A stretch of DNA of 64,000 nucleotides from Ascidiella aspersa (taxonomy: Eukaryota), in assembly GCA_963924565.1 (NCBI GenBank), contig OZ004614.1, forward strand, positions 8,060,001 to 8,124,000, in the 5' to 3' direction. The first letter of the stretch is position 1. Each line of letters opens with the position of its first letter. The translations under genes were made by a program, and so were the position numbers. Below, piece by piece: positions 1-12,687 of the stretch. The notes beneath the pieces are model-generated. The model did no database searches. It saw nothing but the letters and a program-made list of their open reading frames with translations, and had not been told where the DNA came from.

Positions 1-1639
1 TCATTCCAACTATAGCTCACTGAAAGGGCGAGAGACAAGCCCAATGCTGCCCCGATTGCGAAACGGTAACCTAAGCCGCAATACACTTTACTTGCCATTG
101 TCGGCAATGGAATTCCTTTCGCGAGGGCCTGGGCCAGGTTACAGCAACACAAAATGCTCAGCGGATCGCTTTCAGTGCGCCCAAGTTGAACCCGCTTTTT
201 CTTTTGTTAACCGCCGACCAAAACACGGAAAACCTCTAAGCGGGAACGGGTCGCCACCACCTCGGCGCCTTTGTATATTGTTCTAACCCATCAGTGTCAA
301 TTCAAAGCGCGTCTAAAGGCAAAAAGCTAACTGCGAAATCTATACGTGTTGTAAAGAGTGGAATTCCACAGCTAATTGGACCTAATGAAACCTTGTTATC
401 AAAAGATGCTAATTGGCGCGCAAAAATGCAGAACCTCTGTTTTTTTGTTCAAGTGTGTACCGTGACACAGTGAGCTACGCTACTAAAGGAGCACTCGTGG
501 TTCTTCAGCATCAAATCTCTTTGTGTCTTTTTGGCAATCTTTCAGTTCCAATTGGCCTAATTTGGGTTCATTCAACTCAACATCATTAAGAATTAACAAA
601 TAATATTCTAACCCTAACAGGTTTTCCCCTCTTATACATGTGCCTCAATAATTTTTCTAAGTTCGCTACAAACCTACAGCGTTATGTTCCTAATTAGTTT
701 AGAGACCGTTTTGTGTAATTATTTATTTTTACCTTAACGCTAATATTCAAACAAGGCTTTGAGATTGCGACAAATATTTTGCGCAAAACGGTAAACTGTA
801 TATAACAGGACTCGACAATTAAAGGCGTGAAGGTAGTTAAACTCCCAGTGCGGCAACGGCCGAGGCCACCTTACCCTATGGCAAGTAAAAGTAACTTAAT
901 TTGAAACTGAAACCGTCTGGTTGCAGCCAAGCCCGACCAAGTCGGCTCCAAATGAGGCGTGAACGCCAGGAAAGTGACCTTCGGCGTTCGCTTTAAACCT
1001 ACAAAGTGGCTCTGATAGATAACCCACAGGGGTGGGCACGAAAAAAGGGTGAGAAAAGCTGCAAAACGGCACCCTCTTTGACCCCTGGGGTCCTTTCTTT
1101 TGATATGTGCGTTTGGAAATGTTACCGACCAGTCCAGTATACCAAATGACCCCCCTGTGTGACCTTAAGGACCTAAAATCAAGTCGAACTTATTTTAAAA
1201 CTTATAAATCCAAGCAAATTTAACTCCCCCCTTCCTTCCATATTCCCCCAATTTTCTCACGACCTTGCTGCTTTCTTATCGCCATTTCTCGGCCAATTAC
1301 CCGGATTTAAAGGGATTTCGTTTCCAGTAGCCCCCTCCCCTGTTTCCACTAAGCTTTGGGATCAAAAAAACACGTTCTTCGAAAGGCAATACTTGTCTTG
1401 GGACTCGCACGCTATGTCGTCGTATCGCGCCTTTCGCTACTCGACGGTGTTTTGTAACTGTTATGCTTGGCGCCGTGCCATCGATCGCGGAACAGCTGGC
1501 CTCGCGAAGTTGTATATTATTCGATTTGCGATGTCAGTCAACGCGTACGCATTTCATACGCGCTGTTATTATTGCGCATGCGATAGCAATTTTTCATACA
1601 TATTATACAGTTTGTATTTTGCTCCAATAGCGATACACA

Positions 1640-2021
1640 TATTTTGGGAAAACCATACTTGTGATCCGACCCCATACTGGATGACAACATTACTGTGGCT
1701 AAATGAGCAAAATTGATAAAAAGGAAAACGTACGTCTTTCCGGGTTATTAGGCAAACAATTTATTCCTCACCGCGAAACTGAGTCACCTCTATTGTTTTA
1801 TGCTGTTTTCGAAAACAATAACTTACTAAGAACACGGCGTCCAACCGAACGTTACTAACACCGAAAACATGCCAACTGGCAAAAAACATTTAGTTCAATT
1901 GCAAACCATGGCTGAAATGCATGCGGTATTGAAGCGTCACTGATGCCACTCTTTAGTATCGGACGAGTACCGATATACCATTCGTCGGTATCGGCCGCGA
2001 TCCGACATTATCGGGCGTACC
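1640..2021. mobile_element. Degenerate copy of the 14493 family (opposite orientation; boundaries approximate)
   Basis: ggttattaggcaaa at ~1743; tagtatcggacgagtaccgata..ggtatcggccgcgatccgac at 1954-2006. Confidence 0.6.
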
Positions 2022-2321
2022 AAATTGGCGAGTCAATTCATATCGAAACAAAAAGCGTTTGAGGTTAGTGAGGGGTAACGGTAGGGGTAAATAAATTAGG
2101 TTAGGGTTAAAATTATTAGGTGAGTTAGTCATGTACTCATTGGTGGGGGGTTTGAGTTACGTAAAATGTTCAATAGGATTAATTGTGGCCGTTTAGGAAT
2201 TATTCCGACTGAGATTTTATTACGACTGTTCGGTATGAGGTCTACTTTGGTCTTATTCCGACCTGTGTTTTTTTCCGACGTTGGTGTTGTTTTCATTTCA
2301 GTCTTATTGCTTGAGTCTTAA

Positions 2322-2603
2322 GGCCCGTTTACACTACAGCTGCACTGGACGTAAAATTGTTTGCACTTCAGCTGCAGTGAGCTGCGCTGGGCGTAAAAAT
2401 CGCGACAAAACGTAATGTGTTTCTATAGCTGCACTGGGCTTGAGTTTAGAAAAGCGTGAAAATCGCTCCAAAGCGTATTTTTAAGCTAGCTGCAGCTGCT
2501 GCACTGGGCTTGAGTTTAGCAAAGCGTGAAACGCTCGCCACAATATAATTTAAATGCAAATTACGCTTTGCTCAGCACAGTGCAGCTGTAGTGTAAACGG
2601 GCC
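2322..2603. mobile_element. MITE with perfect 26-bp TIRs, flanked by TTAA
   Basis: GGCCCGTTTACACTACAGCTGCACTG at 2322 and its reverse complement ending 2603; TTAA at 2318-2321 and 2604-2607; internal ~33-bp direct repeat (gctgcactgggcttgagtttag.aaagcgtgaaa). Superfamily not resolved. Confidence 0.9.
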
Positions 2604-4821
2604 TTAAAGCGAGTCAAAATCATTACCAATTCAAGAATATAGTGGCGCGAGATGAACTCGCGAATCGGGTTCATTTTCCACGACGGGTTACACAAGCCGA
2701 ACGTTACATCGCGCGGCGAGTTCGCACGGGTTCGAGTTACTCGCTCGCCGCCCCACGCGTTTGTAAACACAGAGAGAGCTGTACAAAAGATTAGACGATA
2801 CAGGTCCCGGCCAAACCACGCAAACAGAAGTCGCCCTTATGTTACAAGCGCCGCTAATTGAGCCTCGCGCCCAAAAACCTATTTATAGCGTTTTCGCGAC
2901 TCAATAGCCGTTGTTGCTTTCTACACTGTATGACGTGTGTCGCGTGCTTCGCCCTCCTTTCACTTAAGACGCCCTGTTACCGGATAGCCGGGATTAAAGC
3001 TCGCGTTCTACACTGATTGATTACTTTTATGCGTACTGAATCTCTTCGCAATTTCATTGCCGAATTCGCAACACGCAAAACTAATATCTCCAGCAGGCTG
3101 CAAATGCGCCTGCCCTGCCCCTGCTTTAAGCACGGCAGTTTTTAGGACCATTACTTGCGTAAACGCCGTAATTTGGGCATTTGGACTGTTGATGTGTCTT
3201 TCGTTCTCATGATCACTTAATAATTTCGCTTCGAAAGGATTTGCGCTAACTAATTAGCTCAAAAAAATAAGTAAAGTGCAATGTTAAGGCTTTATACTTG
3301 GCGTATAGCGCTTCATAAAATGTACGAAACGAGGTACATTTTGTCCAGTCTAAAAAAGTTGTTAGGTAGACTTGTTAATTTTTTTTTGTTCATTCGCCAA
3401 AACTTAACCCGACTGAATGTGCAACGACATGCGAGCTTAACGAAAATGGCCAAAATTTCGAGAACCTTTAAGCGCGCATTTAGCAAAGTTCGACAATTTA
3501 TCACATCGACCCGTCGCATATTGTAACAACATTGAACACTCGGGCGCTGGAATATAGCATTGAATTTGAAATGGTAGCGGCCAATGGCAAAACGACACAG
3601 ACATACGGCGTCGACTTACATTCCGCGAGGTATCAAAGTGACAAGAGGGCTCTCACCACCACCTCTTCAACAAAATCGATCCACTGTTTTTTTGGCTACA
3701 TATTTTCGAACCAATGCCATGAAGAGATGAAAACGTTAACGCTGCACAATTCCCACCCTGAAAAATGTAAAAAAATCACAGAAAAAAAACCTTCACTTTT
3801 AGACAAAGATCTTGGCGGAAAGTTGATAAAAAAGCTAGAAAAAAACGCTTTTGGATTTTAATAAAGTTTTGACTGAAAGTTGTTTTTGAACAAGTTATAA
3901 GAGTGCGCTTTAGGTATTTGACACAATTTTGGCTGAAAGCTGATAAACAGTTAATACTTAAAAAACGAGTAAAATGCAGAATCAAGGATTTAAATTTCAT
4001 AAAGAAACACCTTATTTACTAGTTTTTATTCTATTATTATTGATTTAACGACATTCAGGTGGCAAGTTGACGACTTGAGACTATTTTGTCGTTATTTAAA
4101 AGGCTGTAAGAAAAAGCGATATTATCATTGACGTTATAGTTACGTTATGGAAGTTAAAATAACTAAAATCAGCGTCGAGACTCGAGAGGTTTCGCGTTTC
4201 CAGCGCTTTCTTGGCTCGCCGCCAACTCCGCATTCCCGGTCGTCGCGGAATTCGCGCGATCCGGAACGCGGCGCCGCTTTGTTGCGTCATAACGGAACCT
4301 TTGGCGTTGCTTTACTTTTCGAAAAGCGAATCGTAAAAAAAGCTTTTCCCGGAAGATGTTTCGGCCTCGGCGCGATTTTCTAAAAAATGCAATTTTTTTA
4401 TTTTCGCTCTTTTTTCTTTTGACATTTTTTATTTGCACATTCAGGTATTGTGCTGGAGTGTTTTGTTTCGTACAAGTAACAGTTTTGCTGAGTTTTATTT
4501 TCATTTAAACTTTTATCGTTTATCGTCCTTAAAAATATTTTCTATTTCTGTGATAATAATACATGATGATGACACTTCTTGTTTTTGAAAAAAGTATCGA
4601 TACTTGTCCGATAATCTGCGATTGCAGTACCGATGCCTTTCCACTATTAGAGGTTACCCGCTTAAAAGCAAGAAATAGAAATATCAGCAGCTATCGCTCT
4701 GTTTATGTTGTTTTTAACGGTCATTTAGATGTAACTTATTGCGCGTCATTTTTGTATTGTTTTATCTTCAATTGATTAAAACGTCGCCCTAACCGGTCTG
4801 TTTGTGTCGCGTGTCGCGCAG

Positions 4822-4989
4822 GACAAGAGGGCGTTCGCGACCTGATCAAGTTCGACGTCACCGACGGCACCAACGCCCTGATCGACCGCTACTTCTACGT
4901 GAACGTCGCCTACCTAGACATGCTCTTTCCCGAAGTGGTCAACAAGGGGGTTACACTACGCGAGGGCGACCGCGCAACGCTGACCACAG
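4822..4989 (+). CDS. FREM2: FREM2/3-like ECM protein, internal exon A (CSPG repeats; phase 1-1, 168 nt)
   Basis: CAG acceptor ends 4821, GT donor 4990. Translates (G)[55 protein letters not shown], matching recalled vertebrate FREM2 [24 protein letters not shown]. Confidence 0.95.
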
Positions 4990-5035
4990 GTATTTAGATA
5001 TAACTTTAGATGTATACCATAAATATATTCTACTA

Positions 5036-5110
5036 TGATGGAGTACTCTGATGGAGTACTCTGATGGAGTACTCTGATGGAGTACTCTGATGGAGTACTC
5101 TGATGGAGTA
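5036..5110. repeat. Perfect 13-bp minisatellite (TGATGGAGTACTC) x5.8
   Basis: Five identical units plus 10 nt, starting 47 nt after the exon A donor. Confidence 0.97.
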
Positions 5111-5421
5111 GAATATATTTAGGCAAAGCAAATTTTTTTTTTAGTTAGGCGTGGAATTTTTAGAGATGACGTCATAAAACAAATAGATTTGAGAAACCGG
5201 CTGTTTTTGGTTCAACAATGAGGAACTAAAATAAAGCCAGTACATTTAAGAATGAAATAAGCCACAGGTATTTTTTCAGGTCTGTTCGATTGTTATAGCT
5301 CGTAAGATCCGAACGTCTTGGGGTTAGTTCTGAGTAATATTTCCCCAAATTTTGAGAAAATTGAAAATCAATACATAGACATGGCTCATATTTCCTTAAA
5401 TTTGAATTTATCCATGTAAAT

Positions 5422-5738
5422 CATGGTTCTTAAACTTTGTTTCCAGCTGACCCCCCTAACTTTTTTTTGCGTCGCGTTGACCACGGTAGGCAAGAAATTT
5501 TCAGAGATGACGTCATAAATTGATGTCACACAATGCAACTTTAGAAATCTGCTAATTTCAGTTCAATAAATGTGAAAGTGAAATGCAGTCTAAATACATT
5601 CCCTTTTTTTTACATGTAACTCTTTTCTTTGAAACTTGATTACTTCTTGAATATACACTAAGATTTTAATTATACCTTTATGGACCCCTAAAACTAGTTG
5701 ACGAACCCCCAAGGGGGTCCCCAGTTTAGAAACCCTTG
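5422..5738. mobile_element. Old hAT-like MITE
   Basis: catggttcttaaact / agtttagaaacccttg degenerate TIRs, ggacccc motifs; no recognisable TSD. Confidence 0.5.
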
Positions 5739-6174
5739 TTTTAGTGTTTCGAGTGCCCTATAGCAACCTGTTTTGACCTCCGGGAAGCTCTTGGGGCTTT
5801 TGGAGAGGCTTGGGATTCCTTTTCTCTCATCGTTGTGTGAAGTATTCGCTGGTTTCCGATTAGCGTTGTCCAAAGTGCATGGTTTCGCGCCGTTTGGGGT
5901 TTATTCGGATATTTTTGGTTTGGTTAAGCGCCCTTGGCATTCCTTTTAAAAGAGGAGAAACTGTTTTCGGGGTGTTTTGCCGCTGTAACAAATTGTGTCA
6001 TTTTGTTACAAGTGTGTGACGCATTTGTTAACGAATTAAAAGTGTTATCCAATATTTTAGATTGTATGTGGTTATTTTTTCTACACACCCTTAAATATGT
6101 ACTTTAAAATTTTCTCCTAAAATGTATGGACTTTATATGTCGTTTATATCTCATCTCAAATATTAACCCATACA

Positions 6175-6376
6175 ACTCTAAGATGATTGGTTTATTTGTA
6201 GCCTAGGGCTGTGTACGAAATATGATTTAGTTTAACTTTGCCAATCGTTCTTTTAATTGACCAACTTTGTTAATCAATATATCTCCAAGATGAGTGGTTT
6301 ATTTTTACTTAGGGCTGTATGAAGGAGGATTTTACATCACTTTGCTTATTTCGTACAAATGACCAATTTTGATCAA
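6175..6376. repeat. Diverged ~107-bp tandem duplication
   Basis: aagatga.tggtttattt..tagggctgt...tgaccaa.ttt occurs twice. Confidence 0.7.
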
Positions 6377-6502
6377 ATTACACAGCGGTAATACAAACTG
6401 TATCAAACGGTTCTTTACAAAACCGGCACGCAGTACTTTAGCAAGCAATATGTTTTTAGTCTTGAGAATACAACAACGTTGATGTTCTTTCGTTTTTTCC
6501 AG

Positions 6503-6643
6503 ACATTCTAAGCACGGCTGATCTCAACAGCGCTGACGAAAACCTCCAGTTTTCAATCGCCAGGGCCCCCAGTAGGGGTCATCTGGAGTCCACCGACAAC
6601 CCCGGGGTACCCATCACCGCGTTCACCCAACTCGATCTGGCTG
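6503..6643 (+). CDS. FREM2: FREM2/3-like exon B (CSPG repeat; 141 nt, phase 1-1)
   Basis: ttttttccAG / GTAAGT. (D)[46 protein letters not shown], in frame with exon A. Confidence 0.95.
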
Positions 6644-9102
6644 GTAAGTTTTCACCCACCTCTTTTTTAAAACGTTACTGCAAGTGATATTTTTGACTGT
6701 TTCAAAGCCTAATTTCGTCCGCCAATTAAGTGGAGGATTGGAGATTAACTGCTCTTTAGTAAGAATTTTTTAAAGCAAACCGACATCTCCTGATTGACAT
6801 TACGTTAGAGATCGCAAAATAAATTGTAGAAACAGTTTAAAAGACACCTACTTACATTATCTCCAACGGAACTTCATTATTTGCACTGTTGTTAAAACTA
6901 ACATTAAATGAACTGTCGTGGTATATTTCAGTGGCATGTATTGCAAAATATCCTACCAAAAAATAAATTTTTTAAGTCAATTTTTTTTCTGAAAATGGAC
7001 AGCTAATATTTTTTGACGTCATAATTCTACATGGTCTGAGATTAAGAAGGTGCACACGTTTGATTACGATACAATTACCGCTTGTTTGAAAGCCACTTAC
7101 AGTTTCGCGTCCAGCTTTGATAAATTACCGGTTCCGATCTAATCCGACACTTTCGGACATCGTAATGGACACAGTTTCAAGGCCCACCCGCGATCGGGAG
7201 CGTGAAATGTTACTGCTTCCTAATCGCATTTCGAGCTTTACGGCTAAAGCAGCAGAAGCGCTGGTGATCTACTCTACATCGATTTGGCAGCTCGTAAAGG
7301 TATTTGCCCACCAACGCCGCCGCTCTTGGCTCGCTGTCCATCGAAAAGGCAATGTTTGCCTGAAAATCTATGCCCGGCGGTGCGTACACTGTACACTTTA
7401 CAGCTATTGGGCGCTAGGTGTTGGTTAAGACACACTAACCCCAATTCAGTTGTTTGCGAGCTTTAAAACGCCCTTATTTTAGCGCTATCGAATTTTTACG
7501 ACGTGTGTCGATAGTCGACTCCCATATAACTGTATTTAAATCAACGGGCGAGCGCCTGTTTCCCCCTACTTATTGTTGTGTCGCTACGAACTCGCGCCAG
7601 TGATAAACGGACATTAGGCGCGATGAGTCGCGATTTTAATCCTTGCGCCAACATTGCGGTTTGCCCACCCAGACAGCGCGTCTGCCGCCAGCAGTTCGTA
7701 ATAATGGCCCACGGTTTACACTTCCAATTCGAAAGACCACTCTTTCTTTGCGTTCCGTCTTTCGTGCCAGCTTCGCAACGCTAATGGTGGGAAAACTGAC
7801 GCCGGGTGATTTTTGAGCGGCAGCGCAAACTAGTGAAAAACGTGAAAAACGCCCGCAAAAAACGCGTTAAAAATTTAATCTGGTTGGTTCAAAGCGGCTT
7901 TATAAATTGTCACCTTGCCAGCGAAATAATTTCACCAAAATTCGCCTTGTATCCCTTAAATGGGTGAAACGCACTTAAAGCTAATCCACAACTAGCGTTT
8001 AGCTTGAAATGCGATCATTTAAAAAATCGACAGGCAGTTGCCAATAAGCGAGGAAAACTCGAAAATTCACACGGCTTTAGTGCTTCGTTATTTTCCTTAA
8101 CCCTATATGCAGTGCTGCTAAACCCGGCCGACCGCCATTTACGGAAATGCGAGATTATCTTTTGTCAGGCCCGAATTGCCGCGTTCCTCATTTGTCAGTG
8201 TAGAATTTTTTTGCGGTTTTAATCGCCCGCTGTTGCCGAGTGGACTTTTTCTCGGGTTGTGATTCTTGGCCGACCTGCTTTCTTGATCCCTGTCCTGTTT
8301 CGGGCCTTTTTTAATATATCGTCGTTTGATGTGAGACACTTAAGGGGAGAGAGACAGAGACGCTTTGGCGATTAAGTTCCCTTGGAAAAACTGTGCGAAA
8401 AATTGTCGAGCCCATTCACCCATTGTTAGCTATACTTTGAAATTCCCGCTCGCGTGGATCATTTATTAATGCCATACGAAAATGACCATTTTTCCGCAAC
8501 AGTGGGTTTTAACGTTGATGTTATTAGCTACATGGGAATCACACGATCGGCTGTCTTTGTAAGATTTCAAGTAAATAGATTCACAAAGGTATACAGTTCT
8601 CCACACGATTATTTTATATTTTGGATGCCGGCGTAAACTAGTTGCCAAGATATCATTTAAACATATAGACAGCAGTTATACTTGAGTTACTTTAATAATT
8701 TGAACATGAGGAAATAATTAAAACATAATAAGGATTTGTGCAATTTTAGCATTGACTAAAATTGATGTCTAATTTAACCGATATTATATTTAGATTGGTT
8801 AGTAAAAACAGGTATACAAGCATAAAATAATTTTTTATAAAGTTGACAAAAATATACATATATTGCCTTATAAAAATAGGCATCTCAGTTCTATGCTAAT
8901 AGAATGCTTACACATTAAGTCATAAAGCACTTACACCAAAATGAGCTTCAGCAAACTCACTGTAAATCTTAACACAGGCAACAAAAAAATTCCAAGTGTA
9001 GTCAAAGTATAAAATAGGGTACAAATACAACTTGATTTGGCCACTCATTCCAAACCTCCTTCACACTACCAAACACTCTAATTACATCACCGTCGTATCC
9101 AG

Positions 9103-9309
9103 GTAACAAGGTCCAGTACGTCCATACTGGAAGTGACGAGGTGAAGATGGACAGCTTCGAGTTCGAGGTGACCGACGGGTTCAACCCGGTCTACCGGACT
9201 TTCCGGGTGTCCATCTCAGACGTGGACAACAAGAAGCCGGTGGTCACCATCGTGGGCCTGAAGGTCAAGGAGGGGTCAACCAAGCTTATCAGCCCTTTCG
9301 AACTCAAAG
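9103..9309 (+). CDS. FREM2: FREM2/3-like exon C (CSPG repeat; 207 nt, phase 1-1)
   Basis: ccAG / GTAAAG. (G)[68 protein letters not shown]; overlaps ORF 9141..9359. Confidence 0.96.
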
Positions 9310-9795
9310 GTAAAGAACTAGGATTTTTTGAGCGCAAAATATATTTTTTATTTTGGTGATATTGTTAGACTATACTCTATAAAAGCAGGTAAAACAGACT
9401 TTGAAAATTGGATTGAGATTAATTAGATATGATTCCCGGTACGAAAATCGATTTTGCTGATTTTTCGGTTCGTTCAATTAAGCCTTTTTTCAAATCTGTT
9501 TATGTTGAGCGGTAAAATAATTGGCGTTACTACGGAAAGATTTTTTACTTAAACAATTTTGTGTCTACGGGAGATGGCTTACATACACGATTTACTGTAC
9601 TAAAATGCACATTTTTTAATAAAAGACATACACACATATGTGTTTAATAATAACTGTGATCAGCCCCTTTTAAGCTGTTTTTTTAACGAGGCCAGTTTTT
9701 GTTCTGCCCTGCATACATCATTGATCGACAAATTCGATGAGTTTGCGATGGTTTTATCGGCGTACTTAAAAAAAAACTCTTAACATCTTGCGCAG

Positions 9796-10314
9796 TGGAG
9801 GACCGCGACACCGTCGACTCCCTACTCCGCTTCCACATCACACAAATCCCCGTTCACGGAAAGATCCTACTCGCTTCGGACGAGGAAGGCGGCGAGCCTC
9901 GAAGGGTGCGCGACTTCAGCATGGAAGACTTGAACGAAAATCGCGTCAGCTACGCGCACGACGCCTCCGAAACAACAGCCGACTCATTTTCCTTCACTGT
10001 GACCGATGGAACTCACGAGGACTTCTACGTTTTCCCCAACACTGTCCACCCTACTGAGCGTCCGCAGCGAATGGACATCGAGATCGTTCCAGTGGACAAC
10101 GGAGTTCCACAGATGCTGGTCAATAGGGGTGCTCCGTCGCTTGGTTTGTTGCCCAGTGGGGATCGCGGATTCCGTATTACAAAGAAGACGCTGCGCGCCG
10201 ACGACCGCGACTCTGACGTCACCCGGCTGCGTTACGTTATCACCGAGCCGGCCCAACACGGCAGCGTTGTGAGCGTGGCGACCGAGGGAGGGCCACTGAC
10301 CTCGTTCACGCAAG
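9796..10314 (+). CDS. FREM2: FREM2/3-like exon D (CSPG repeats; 519 nt, phase 1-1)
   Basis: gcAG / GTTTGT. (V)EDRDTVDSLLRFHITQIPVHG...DSFSFTVTDGTHEDFYVFP...PAQHG...TSFTQ; overlaps ORF 9795..10370. Confidence 0.96.
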
Positions 10315-10602
10315 GTTTGTGGCGTTTGTATTTTGTGCTTGTGTCTTACATTTTGCTTGCGCTTAATTAGATGATTTGGGGTTCGAATCCCGGCCCGACC
10401 TTCCTCTACTTTCAGCAATATGTATGGCCTCTAAATTCGAATTTGTAGTTTCAATTGCGAATAATTTAATACTCTTCTGTAGCTATGGTGTAAATATAAC
10501 TTATATAGTTTGAAGTCTAACACTTTTCCGAAAGTCAAATCCGACACAAGCTTGATGTTTAGAAATTTTACATAAGGTGAAAAACGTATTTAAAGGTATA
10601 AA

Positions 10603-10726
10603 AAGAATATCAAAGTCTATACAGAAGTATAGGTATCATTTTGAACATTTCGATGTTGAAAATGAATAAAGAGTTATTCGAAACGTTCAAAATGATACCT
10701 ACCTATGCATGGGCTTTGATATTCTT
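10603..10726. mobile_element. Palindromic mini-element, third family (hammerhead-like arm)
   Basis: Ends aagaatatcaaag / ctttgatattctt; internal GAATAA-agag-TTATTC-GAAACGTT; second copy at 57732-57876. Confidence 0.75.
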
Positions 10727-10859
10727 ATTACGTCTTACTACAACCTCCAACCTTTATTTTTAAAGGTGTTTTATTACATTTAAAGATGTAAATTGAATTT
10801 AAATCCCAATATGTTATCATATCATTTCGTGCTAAACGGTATCATGACCTTACAGCTTA

Positions 10860-10936
10860 CGTGTTAACCCTTTTTGCAAAGTACAACCAACTTTAGCCGC
10901 TAAAGTTGGTTGCACTTTGCAATAAGGGTTAACACG
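10860..10936. repeat. 77-bp hairpin, 38-bp arms, 2 mismatches, 1-nt spacer
   Basis: cgtgttaaccctttttgcaaagtacaaccaactttagc-c-gctaaagttggttgcactttgcaataagggttaacacg. Confidence 0.92.
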
Positions 10937-12642
10937 AAGTCGCATTGACGTCGTTTGAGGCGAAGGCCAATAAACTTCGCTTTATAGGCTGCGCAAAGCT
11001 TGCCCGCTGAATCTTAGCGACGCAATGCACGCATTTGCCTTCGTTTGAGCCTTAAGGGACCCAAAACGAACCCCTCGCGTCCGCCAAACCGGGATTAATT
11101 CGATTGCATGCGCAGACGAACTTGCAGCGCCCCTTGAGGATCGTCTGCCCTGAGCCCCTTTTATGTGGCATTCGTGTGACGTCACGCTCAAAATGTCGGC
11201 CGTCCGTCGCAGCCGGTGAGGCCAAGACGCCGGTCGGTGTTGATCCGTTAATGCCTGGCGGCTTTTTATGTCCTTGCTGTACGCTTTGAGCGTTTAATCG
11301 AAGCGCTTTCATTTGTCATTGAACGCGATATTGGTTGTAATGCGCCTTTTGCTGTTCGAAGACCGTTTTAATGCGCCGTAAGCCTAGTTTGGCTTGCTGT
11401 ATCAGCTCAGAAAATCCGATGGGCTATTGCGCTTTGATACATCCGTCGACCGAAAGGGTGAATCGAACTGAAATTAAAACTGAGATCGGTTGGATTTGCC
11501 CATTTGCTTGTAAAACTCCGGAATAGTAAGCCAAATACAGCGCTATCGTTGAAAACCTATTAGTTGTCAGCCCCTTGATTTCATATCTTAACACAAATTG
11601 AGTTTTCGTTTGTTTAAAATCGCAAAATCTGTGGACAAAGTCTATTCCAAAACAAACTTTTATTCCAAAACAAACCGTAACAAAAATGTTTTTTTTTTAA
11701 ATGGGCCTAGAAACGAACATCGAACATGTTTTGAGACAAAAACATGAATCACCAAAATCCGGGTGTCTGTGTTTTGTGTTGAGGGTCAAGCCAGTTAGGT
11801 TCCCCTTGTTATGTAGAGGCGAAACGCCAGTAAACTGAAATGATTCATTTCACCCGTTGCCTATTTTGCTGGCAAGCATGGCAAACTGCTACGAAGGTAG
11901 GCGTGGTAAGGATAGGGTTACGGAGCTGTGGGATAACTGGGCATATCAAATATCAGAACTAGAGCGTAAACAGTAACTACACAATAAGTCCGACTTATAC
12001 ATTTATAGTAGTGTTTTGGAACACCTTTCTTCACTCGTTTGTGTAAAACAGCAGTGTACCAATAAAACTTTCAAAAGTAAAGTTATTTGAGCGAATATTA
12101 AAACGCGTGCCGCAATTATTGACTGGTTTAACTTCATGGCTCACCAAAGTGCACGCCTGTTCAAATTTAAATAAAAGCCCGCAATTTAGCAACTCAAACC
12201 GTAACATTGAAACATCATTGTGGATAGTACCTTGACTATATTTTTCCTAGTGGTCAACTAAAATGGCTTAATACACCGCCCGATCTAGCCATATGACAGC
12301 AAAACTGACCAACGACTGTTATTTAAACAACTGACCAACGGTACAGCTGCCAATGGTTGGCCAATAGGACTCGAACCTTAACTGACCGACGCCCTAATGT
12401 GTATGTATACGTGACATTTTCTATTCTGCCAGCGGACATAAAGACCTATTCCGAAAACCCGCACCAGTAGCCTTATAATGCGAAGGGGTAAAAACGACGT
12501 GAACATAAGGCAGACGCGAGTTAGTCGGGGGATTGTCTTGAGAACCACTTTCACCTCGTTGCTGTCGAACCAAGCTACCTCGTCGGGCCTTTGATGCGCC
12601 TCTCTGCAGAGAGAAGCTTGTGTTTGTCGACAAACAGATGCG

Positions 12643-12687
12643 CTGACGAGCCCGGGTGCTGGCGAAACCGTTCGACCTTTTGCGGTC
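12643..12687 (+). ncRNA. Candidate hammerhead core with closed stems II and III, weak stem I
   Basis: CUGACGA-GCCcgggugcuGGC-GAA-ACCGuucgaccuuuugCGGU-C. Confidence 0.5.

Noticed and set aside
2060-2130. TTAGGG-like telomeric sequence (also ~610, ~52995, ~55740)
   Set aside because: Only one or two degenerate units each; more likely repeat-element microsatellite remnants.
5036-5110. Regular repeats resembling a CRISPR array
   Set aside because: No spacers; a simple 13-bp minisatellite in a eukaryotic intron.
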